Origin: Dimorphilus gyrociliatus
Lineage: Eukaryota > Animalia > Annelida
NCBI GenBank assembly: GCA_904063045.1
Contig: CAJFCJ010000005.1
Span: 1,317,988 to 1,381,987, forward strand
Direction: 5' to 3'
Length of the DNA: 64,000 nucleotides
The position numbers and the translations under genes are program-made. The notes under the pieces are model-generated. The model worked only from the letters and a program-made list of their open reading frames with translations, had not been told where the DNA came from and searched no databases. Of this stretch, positions 55,182-64,000 are shown one piece after another. Every line of letters starts with the position of its first letter. Positions within the stretch are counted from its first letter, which is position 1.

Positions 55182-55876
55182 TCAATGCGGAAAACACTGT
55201 AAAGGTGAAAGCCGTAAAGGTTTTTGAAATGTTAAACGTTGGCAATATTCGTAAACATTTCGAAACGTGGGAATTTGTTGTAAGATATCAACACTATCTA
55301 GATCCTTTAATTAACGTGCATAGTTTCTAATATTTAGATAAACAATTAAAGGTGAAATAAATGTATATTTGGGGTAAATATATAATATATTATGTTAACA
55401 TGGATAATCACCCCTTTATCTTATTAGGGCTACAGAAATTTGAAGTTTAAAACAAGGATTTCTTAACTGATGCGAAATACGTCAGACTATGCAAAACACT
55501 TTCCAACCAATCATCGCTGAGATTTTCATCTGAGATTAATAGAGGAAAAAAGAAAATCTTCTTCAGTTTGTTCTACGTTGTTTTTACCCTTGCATCATCA
55601 GTAAGTAGAGCATTTTTTTCAGCTACAAGTTCTACAACTAATAATTAAATAATGACTTACAATAAACAAATTTATCTTTTAATCTATATATTTCAAAATT
55701 ATAGTAGCAATAAATGCAGTAAGAGTACCTTGTTTACAAAAATCTTCGAAAGCCGTTTTATAGCTTACAGAAGTTTTACTACTGCAGTACTCTAGACTGT
55801 TTATCTTTTCCGCGCTAGTTTTCTGATAGATTTGGTTTTGGTCGGAATTTCGATGATTTACTACTAGAAGAGCCAC
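55182..55876 (-). CDS. Possible uncharacterised small multi-exon gene; start unresolved
   Basis: In-phase exon chain ...FEDFCKQ|VVELVAEKNALLTDDAR|DLDSVDILQQIPTFRNVYEYCQRL...FPH* with GT-AG boundaries. No clear ATG. Confidence 0.3.
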
Positions 55877-55969
55877 TTAGTTATCATATATACAGTATAA
55901 TCTCAAATACAAAAACGCGACAACCGAAAGATGGCGCAATACATCTTAATAGATTAATAAATAATTTTT

Positions 55970-56883
55970 ATGAAAATGTCACAAATTTTACAGAAGATGG
56001 AATTAATTGACAATTTCGATAAGACATTTTGGACAAAGAAAGAGACGGTAGATGAAAACGGTAGGTAATGACTATAATATATGTGTTGCTTTACCTGAGG
56101 TGCTTTTTGAAGGCTACGAGCAGTTTAGGATTGCTCAGCGAGTTGCTGGATCCGAAAACTCTTTTAAATACGCTGTAATAGATTCTGAAGGGGAATCAAA
56201 GCAGGTATGTCATAAAGTCGCTTTTCTAACGAAATGTTAATTGAAATTTGAAATCTTTTAAAAGTAAAATATAAGACATTTAACATTCCATGTTAAATAA
56301 CTTTTAGTTACAAGAAAATAAACCAATTTACGAAAAATTAGCATAAAAAATGATCATGTTCTTAAAGGAACAAGATAAATTTAAAGCTTTAATACATATA
56401 TTTATTCAAGGCAATATTAATTTCTTAATTCCTTAAGTCATTTTGACAGCGTTTTCTAAATTTGTATTAAAACTAGTCAGAGAGCGATTACATCAAATTT
56501 TTATTAGTGAATTTTTTAAAAATTACACTCAACTTAATTAATGAATTCGTAAAATTTGTGAGTGAGTATAAAAGAGAGCTGTATTATGTAAGAAAAACAT
56601 ATACAAATTTTGAGAACAATGATGTTGCTTTGTTTACAACACACACATTGGGGAAAAAAACATTATAATTTTCGAATTGACCTAATTTATTGCGATAATG
56701 ATATTTGTCAGGAATAAATGTTTTCTGTTTATTTTTAAGGTTGTTCTTCGAGGAGCTCAAGGAAAGAAAGATCCTCTGACAAGTATTGCAAACTTAATGA
56801 TGAAAATAAAGCATACGGGCGAGGAAAGATTAGTGGAGGGAATCATTGTTGACGATGAATGTGTCATTTATGTAACCGTCTAA
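55970..56883 (+). CDS. Uncharacterised small protein, 2 exons, with a possible 4-bp frameshift in exon 1
   Basis: ...SEGESKQ|GTATGT splices at phase 0 to ttttaag|VVLRGAQGKKDPLTSIAN...YVTV*. Start is either 56052 or 55970 with the GGTA duplication removed. Confidence 0.5.
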
Positions 56884-57545
56884 ATTTTTTCCCTTGTCGA
56901 AGTTCTGCAAAAATCGTACTCAGAACAAAAATAAAAATAGCTTTAATCCCCCCTGATAATTCAGTTTGGCTATTTGCCGCCAATCCTGTTATCGCTTCGT
57001 TATTAGGCAGTTACATTATTCATAGAAATTAACATCGTTTGTTGAGAATGAGGCCTAAACTCCCTGATGACATCAGGTGTCTAGCCGTCTGTGATCATTT
57101 CTGTCAACAACAAGTGATTCGGGAAATTTTGAGTGTAAATAGCGCGAGTTACAAAAGATAGCCGACGGACATTTTATTTAATTAGGAAATAAGAAAATGT
57201 TCGGTGAAAAGTATCAGCGTCAATAGCTTGGAGTTATTAAGATTTGTTTGTCAATATTCCCTTTAGCTATAAATATCATGAGCAAGATAACAGTCTCATT
57301 ATCGGCTTATTTGGCAAAACGCCAAAACTATTTTTCGTCTCAATTCTTTACAGCTTTGTGACGTAACAGAGCGAAGTCATTTTCGCTTTCATGTATTGAA
57401 ATTGCCGTCCGCCAGTTCTTCTTTTGCGATATTTTCTGTTTCTTGATCCTAGACGTCAATTAAAGAGCGATTCTATTCGGATTATCGGCACTTGACAGCA
57501 AACACCGGCCTTGACGAGGCTCTGCGGGAGTCTTTGTAACGCCCG

Positions 57546-57984
57546 TGACGTCACACCTGTTGGCAAATGACGTAACTGGGCACGCGTTTTGCCGTAATGT
57601 TTAACATGGCTAATTTTTCATGTGCAGAAAATTACATACTATATGTATTTTAAATAGTGTATTGTATCTTTTCGAAAAAGCTCTAATATAAGAAATTACA
57701 TAATAGGGATTTCTTCTGCATTTCCCTGAAGCATTTCCGTTCAAACATGTCCATTTCACTATTGATTGATGTAATTCCTTTTTTAAGGGATTATAGAATT
57801 AAATGAGTGTTTTATTTCAGCATTCGTCATTTAGTAGATACTTGAGGGCTTAAAAAAGGGTTTAAAGGGCATATCACGCATAATCCGTCGCCAGAAAAAT
57901 TTTCCTAAACGGGCAAAAGTACATGTAAATGATATCGGAGAAGTCAACCAATCAGAAACGAGTACCGAAAGAGCAACCAATCAG
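57546..57984. promoter_or_regulatory. Proximal promoter of the zinc-finger gene: CRE (57546-57553) and a duplicated CCAAT box CAACCAATCAG (57945-57955, 57974-57984)
   Basis: Exact TGACGTCA and an 11-bp direct repeat containing CCAAT, 130-165 bp upstream of ATG 58111. Confidence 0.6.
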
Positions 57985-58110
57985 CTTCCAAATAGGAAAT
58001 GCGATACTTTTCGTCGCGTTTCATCGACATTTCATTCCAACATATCCTGGGAAAGACACACTTTCGTGTTTGTAAAAGAACTTTAATTGAATACTTTGAC
58101 AAAATTAGAA

Positions 58111-59917
58111 ATGCAAAGAGCATTGGAAGCTCTAACTGGTTCTATGAAAGTTGAAGAAACTATAACTCGGGAAAATTCCGGTGATGGAGGTATGTAATGG
58201 AATCATTAGATTCTAAACTTTCCCTTTGCTCTTCTATTTATTTGACAAATAACATAAATATAATCTTTTAAGTGTTATAACATAATTTACGTAACTGTGC
58301 GCAAATTGCCGTATGTCAAAGTCAAAGAAATGAAGAGTGTAATGACTACCCTGAATAAGATATCTCGTGGGAACATTAAACGCTTTCATCTTCAGAAGCG
58401 TGTCGAAAATTAATGTTACGTCATTTTAACATCGAATTTTCAACAATTGTTGTCGCAATTTCTTTGATTTCGCTTCTAATTGTTTTTCTCTAAACAGTTT
58501 GGAACAACGAAGCCGCTCTCGATCTTTCATCTCCAAGGAAAATTGAATCTAGTATTCCCACCACACCATTTGTTCCTTTTCTGCATCCACCTTTTAGTTA
58601 TTATAATTCTTTTGGATTGGGCTTCCATCCATATATATTAAATTATAGTAATGTAGCAGAAAAGCAAAAGGACGACAAAAGCTCTTCGGACACCGATTCT
58701 GAAATCAACATAGAGGATACAGATTCAGAGGAGGAAGAAGAAAAAAAAGAGATCAAGGAAACTAAAAAGCCAACTAATTTCAGTATAGAAAATCTTATCA
58801 AACCTTCACCAACTACAACCTCTTTACCATTTACTCAACCTTCATTTCCGACCGTACCTCATCATCATTGGTCCAATACTTGGATGGGACGTCGCTCACG
58901 TGATCCTAATAAACCCGCTGCTGTTAAAAAATACAAATGTGACGTCTGTGGGAAATCATTTTCGAGAAGTAACACGCTCGTTACGCATAAGGTGACCTAA
59001 TTTTCTTTTTATTGATACTCTGATAATCAAAGTCAAAGACTTTTAAATCGGAGAAAATCGGCTTAGGCCTCTATTGTCGGACGTGTCTTTGATTTAACGT
59101 CCGAAAGAAGACGTCACGTGATGAAAAAGGTGTTTTGAACATGTGGTCAAGTGCTTTACGTATGAATATTAACGAGGCAGTATACAGGTGAAAATCGAAC
59201 AGATGCCCACCCGACAATAAAATCAAGTACCGATTGCATATATCTTGATCAGATTTAATTCCAAGCTTTAAAACGCTTTAATTTACATAGAAACTAATAA
59301 ATTTTTCTAACTTCTGTCTTTTATTTAAACAGAGAATTCATACAGGAGAAAAACCTTTTGCTTGTGAAATTTGCGGTCGAGCATTTAGACAACCTGGAAA
59401 CTTAACAAGACATAAATTAACCCATACAACTGTTAAGCCGTATGTTTGTCCAGTTTGTACAAAAGCATTTAATAGGGCATCAAATTTGCACACTCATATG
59501 CGAACTCATTCAAATTATCGACCCTTTGTTTGCACGTTCTGTGGCAAAACTTTTCATCAGAAAATAGATATGAAGATACATTCGTATACTCATACTGGTT
59601 TGTTTTCTAATTTGATTATTTGACTCTGAGATAATAAATGTAGATTTAAATTTTAAGGAGAAAAACCAAATATTTGCCCAATTTGTGGAAGAACTTTTAG
59701 TCAATTGGCCCATTTAAACTATCATATGAAAATTCATGATTCCAAGTCAAGCTGCAAATTTTGCGGTATTAATTTAGAAACCACGGATCTTTTAGAAAAA
59801 CATATTCAACAGCAGCATGGTTTGTACATTTTATATGGCTTATCTTTTGTTTAATTACTCATGTTTAATTACTTAGGTGAAGAATCTGCAGCAGGATCAA
59901 GTGAATCAAAAAATTAA
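58111..59917 (+). CDS. FEZF/GFI-like C2H2 zinc-finger transcriptional repressor (5 canonical fingers plus 1 atypical), 5 exons
   Basis: Spliced: eh1-like FSIENLI and PXDLS-like ALDLS, then CDVCGKSFSRSNTLVTHK|RIHTGEKPFACEICGRAFRQPGNLTRHKLTH...FNRASNLHTHMRTH...FHQKIDMKIHSYTHTG|EKPNICPICGRTFSQLAHLNYHMKIH. Confidence 0.88.
58366..58373 (+). promoter_or_regulatory. Su(H)/CSL site CGTGGGAA in intron 1 of the zinc-finger gene
   Basis: Exact high-affinity consensus. Confidence 0.35.
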
Positions 59918-60311
59918 TTGTTTCTCATATGTTTTGTAAATGCATGATACCCTGATTAAAATTATAAATAATTGAAAACTAATAACGTAATACATTCTTG
60001 CCGTTTCTACTCTTCATTCAACTATACAAAAAGGAAATAATTTACTGGACAACTTATTGTAAATTATAGTCTCTCACAGACGTTCAATGTTAGTCGAAAA
60101 CTGAGCTATAATTAACTCAGTTGAATAATCCTGTCAATTTTATGAATAATAGATATCAACTCAATCAGTTTAGGCTTGAGATACAAAACCGAATTTTCTT
60201 TCAAAAACTATTTCTTTATATTCTGAAATGAAATAGAAACACCTTTCGATAATTCTATCGAAATCGCTAAATTCCTCTGTATTATTTACGAAACATATCA
60301 TTGAACGAGCG

Positions 60312-60325
60312 TGGCGCCACCTGTT
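60312..60325 (-). promoter_or_regulatory. CTCF-like motif (AACAGGTGGCGCCA on minus)
   Basis: Matches YAGRTGGCGC, between two convergent genes. Confidence 0.45.
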
Positions 60326-60581
60326 AAATATTTTTTAAACCACTATTTTTTAAAAAGAAAACAGCCACTCCCACTACAAACAAGCTCTTGAATAAAATAT
60401 TCAGAGTTAACTATAATCTTAAAAAATTCCTTTAATTAAAGAATTTTGATCCGTACAATCTGTAATTAGATTAATCACTTACGAAAGTCCTATATAGTTC
60501 TGATCCTGTAAACTGACTGAACAAATTATTCTTATAAATGCAAAACTTAAAACTGAGCGTTTAAGGCTCCCATGTTTATTT

Positions 60582-61785
60582 CTAAAAAGTGGGTCTGGTG
60601 TTAGAGCTATAGGGAATATCAACAGAACTCAGTCCATTCAGCCTGTGGTGTTTAAAAGTAGGTGGCCACTGAGGATGTAGCAGAAAATCACCCCTTCTTG
60701 TAACTTGGTGTTTTCCTTTTGGTCGTTCACATTTACCCATGCTCTCTATATCTTTTTCTCTCTTTAAGGTTAAGTCAACGGCTAGGGGTCTTTTACTTTC
60801 TCCAGCAATTCTCTCTTGAACTGCGGTTTCCTCTGCGCCCGCAAACTTTCCAAATCTGCAGATCGAAGCATACTTTTTTGTATTGTTGCTGACTTGCAAG
60901 TTTGAAGCATCCAAACTATTTCGTAAAGCTTCTTTTGTGCTCAGTTTAATATCGTTGTTGGCTTCTTTCATCCAAGCCCTAGCAGCTTGCTTCACAATTG
61001 GATCCTTTATTTTTCCCAAGAGATTTTCATCTTCACTTGTTTTGTACTGAAGTAAAGCTTGCTGGTCTCTTTCTGGAACAAATTTTGAACGGAGAGCATG
61101 TCTATGCTCTTGTTCAGCTTGGGTCGTGCTGGCGTCAACTTTATAAGCAGGTCTTCCTACTGTTGTGTCTGCATTATGATAGCCTGGCACGTGATGAAGA
61201 CGACATTCCAAAAAAACTCTATAAAAGTTTAAAATTATATGATTTTTGTGTATTGAATTGTCTGGGAATCAACTCTTACAAAGGCGGATGGGGGTTATTT
61301 TTCCGCGTCGCTGAAGTGGGCCTCTTTAAAGGCTGTTCAATATTTTGGATGTTGGAAAAGTGGTTTTTATATGTGGTTTCTCCATCATATTGTGATCCTA
61401 AAAATATGATATATGTAATCAATAACTATTTTAGTTAGTAGCGGTTTAATTTCTAATACTAGTTCATCTAAAAAGGTGCGAGTGCGTATAAATGAGTGAA
61501 GACTGTTCAATTTTTCAGTAACTCTAATCTAAAAATTCATTGTAAAAAACGTTTAAGCGCAATATTTTATGAAATATTACCTGACCAAGCTTCAAACGCT
61601 CTTTGCTTCAGGTCACTCAGAATGAATTCATCTTCGTTCCTTTTCATATATGATGGTTCTATATATCTTCTTCCTATAGTTGGATACGCAGTTTTTGCTC
61701 TTCTAAATCTTGATATGCAATCACCATAACCTGGGTTTGGGTGAATAAGACCATTTATATTCTCTCTTGACATTGGTAAGGCCAT
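60582..61785 (-). CDS. Uncharacterised protein, 2 exons; candidate ciliary/sperm protein
   Basis: Exon 1 MALPMSRENINGLIHPNPGYGD...AFEAWS ends in G|GTAAT and joins at phase 1 to the 209-aa ORF (VFLECRLHHVPG...AARAWMKEA...). X-box upstream. Confidence 0.7.
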
Positions 61786-61860
61786 AATTAGGCACTTGAA
61801 GACTTGTATAAATAAAATAAAGTCACGAAATCACGTTGTAAAAAAAAGAGATTTCACTAA

Positions 61861-61874
61861 GTTGCTTGGGAGAC
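61861..61874 (-). promoter_or_regulatory. RFX X-box GTCTCCCAAGCAAC
   Basis: Close match to the canonical X-box GTYNCC-N-RGYAAC, about 75 bp upstream of ATG 61785. Confidence 0.65.
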
Positions 61875-61989
61875 CAGTAAAATGCCTGATTGCAATTTTG
61901 AATTTGAAATCAAAATCGTAAATTTTTATCAATAAATCAATATTCTTGTTAAATTTGTATGTTTGGATGGTTACTATGACTTAGATTTC

Positions 61990-62003
61990 AGGCGCCATCT
62001 ATG
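61990..62003 (-). promoter_or_regulatory. CTCF-like motif (CATAGATGGCGCCT on minus)
   Basis: GGCGCCATCTA in a bidirectional promoter; a weaker opposite-strand copy TAGATGGCAC lies at ~62115. Confidence 0.4.
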
Positions 62004-62459
62004 TTATTATAAACTTTGCTAATATCAATTTTTTGAGTTAGTCAAACAAATTTACGTCTTCTAGTTTAAAGAAAAACTGTAAATTTTGGCGGGTCTAGGT
62101 CAAATTATGAATAATAGATGGCACACTCGACATCCGGTTGATTTGTGTTATTATCCAATCATTAACGGCTAACGCTTACAGTTTCCTAATAGAAAATCAT
62201 CTCAAGCATCTGCAAGGTTTATCACCTATCCATTCTTTTGGAAATCAACAGTACTTGGTTACTATAGTATTTATTTCTTATTCGACTATAATAAACTTTA
62301 AATGCTTTAACTGTTGTACATATGTCTCCTTATTTCGCGTGGTTCTTTTTATTTATCAGAACCATGCCTAATTTAAGAAATATATCCTAATAACATATAT
62401 CTAATACAGAGACGAGTGAAACAATTTATGAAATATTCCGTTCGATCTAGCAACTGAAA

Positions 62460-64000
62460 ATGAATAGATTCAATGAAAAATTTCAGGCCAAGGGTAGGCC
62501 TAAGGAAGCGCGGTAATAAGATTAGATATAACTAACTTTTTGAACTTTAAATTGATCTTATTATATATTTTTGTTGATATTTCAGTGACGTTTCCGAGGA
62601 CTTGATTCAAAAATGGCGAGATGCCGAAACAATGGGAAAAGTTTTAGAATGTCCTAGGTGCATGATGAGCTTTACATCTCATCTAGGGTTGTTACAACAT
62701 TATAGACATTGTTTTGATAATGTTAACATTGCTGAAAATAGTTGTCGATATATGTGCCCAAGATGCAGCTCAGAATTTGCTAATAGTAAATCTTTATCTC
62801 ATCATAGAAGATATTGTCCAGGAGATTCAAATAAGGTTGTTGTTTAATTCTCTTTGGTAAGTTATACATGTTGGAATACATTTTTAGAAACCAACGACTA
62901 AGAAAACATCAAAGGAATCACCGAATTATATACAATTAGAAGTAATCTCTGACGAAAAGAATGAAACTGTCAAGAAGACAATTTACATTGTGCCAGAAAG
63001 TTCTGGTACGTTATAAGTTTTTCTTGACCTGTATTCGATTTTTTTATAATATAAAACAGAAGCAAAGAGGAAGCACGATGATGTAACTGAAGAAGTTACT
63101 GTAGAGACCACAAAGAGAAAAAGAGTGGAAGGTAATAGAGGAAACCACCTATTAAATTTGCAAATAAAAAATGTATCTCACTTAGAAGACGTAAACGAAA
63201 GTGAAGACTTTGTGTATGAAGAAGAAGAGGAGGAAGACGATAATCAAGCCGAACATGCCTCTCCCGACAACGATGAACAAAGTGTGAAGTCTGAAATTGA
63301 AGAAACTGTTGATCTTGCCACAAAGCAAGGTAGATAATTTGTAGTTAACTCAACTATATATTATATGGTGTGTGTTTATTGTCGATCTTTCTGTATTACC
63401 TGTATCAATAAAGAACAGGGGAATACACTGGTTGAAAGTGAGGAGAACTGTGCGTTGTTTTCCGATGAGAAGCGAATACATTCAAATAAGTCAGATAGGA
63501 AGTATCGGAAGTTTCAATCCCCTTCTATTATTAGTAATGAAAAGGACGAAAATCGTCCTTCATTTCGTCCACAAACAAATTTAGTTAATGTGGAAAACGC
63601 CAGCCTATCTCCAGATGTCGGAAATATTTCTAATGTTTCTTCTAGTGAACAATCTGACGAAATAGGAGTTAATTCTGATAGTAATATTAATTTAGAAGAA
63701 GTAATGGATACAAATAAATTAGTTGATATTGAAAAAAAACAAGCCACCACTACACCTGTGGTTGATGAAACAGTAAAGATTTTAGAATCTATTAGTCAAA
63801 CTATAAGTAATTCCTTAAAGGATAAGGAGAAGGATATTGACACGAAGTCAGTCTCATCTTTTACGGACAATGAAAAATTAATCTATTCTGGTACAGAGAA
63901 TGAAAAGGCCGCTAATTACGCTGGTCAAGACACTAGACGCGATAATAGAGAGTTAAACCCGATGTCTTCAGATGTCGCAGAAAGTACTAATGAGCTAAGC
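62460..64000 (+). CDS. Zinc-finger protein with two C2HC-type fingers and a long acidic tail, truncated by the window edge
   Basis: MNRFNEKFQAKGRPKEA|RDVSEDLIQKW..., CPRCMMSFTSHLGLLQHYRHC and CPRCSSEFANSKSLSHHRRYC, then acidic/Ser-rich exons continuing past 64000. Confidence 0.7.

Overview
This is eukaryotic animal DNA, not prokaryotic: very AT-rich and gene-dense, with GT-AG introns mostly 45-70 nt, so the ORF track shows only exon fragments. The gene content (mir-279 and mir-36, LRRC71, TMC, centrin) and the miniaturised introns suggest a compact-genome lophotrochozoan; the annelid Dimorphilus gyrociliatus is my best but unverified guess. Recognisable genes in order are centrin(-), MAPR/PGRMC(-), TPD52(+), SLC38A10(-), ADAM17-like(+), a peptide-type class A GPCR(+), a divergent PRMT(-), BolA3(-), TMC(+), RPS21(-), DECR1(+), LRRC71(+), an SLC22 transporter(-), a FEZF/GFI-like C2H2 factor(+) and a zinc-finger gene running off the right edge. 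The apparent gene desert at 17-32 kb holds the least obvious content: a mir-279/mir-36 microRNA cluster behind an NRF1-motif promoter, an orphan multi-pass membrane gene, and an intronless, highly divergent forkhead-like gene preceded by tandem Su(H)/CSL sites and bracketed by convergent CTCF-like motifs. Several uncharacterised genes carry RFX X-boxes and are candidate ciliary genes. I found no CRISPR array, tRNA, rRNA or recognisable transposon. All gene models were spliced by eye and all family calls rest on remembered motifs, not database searches.
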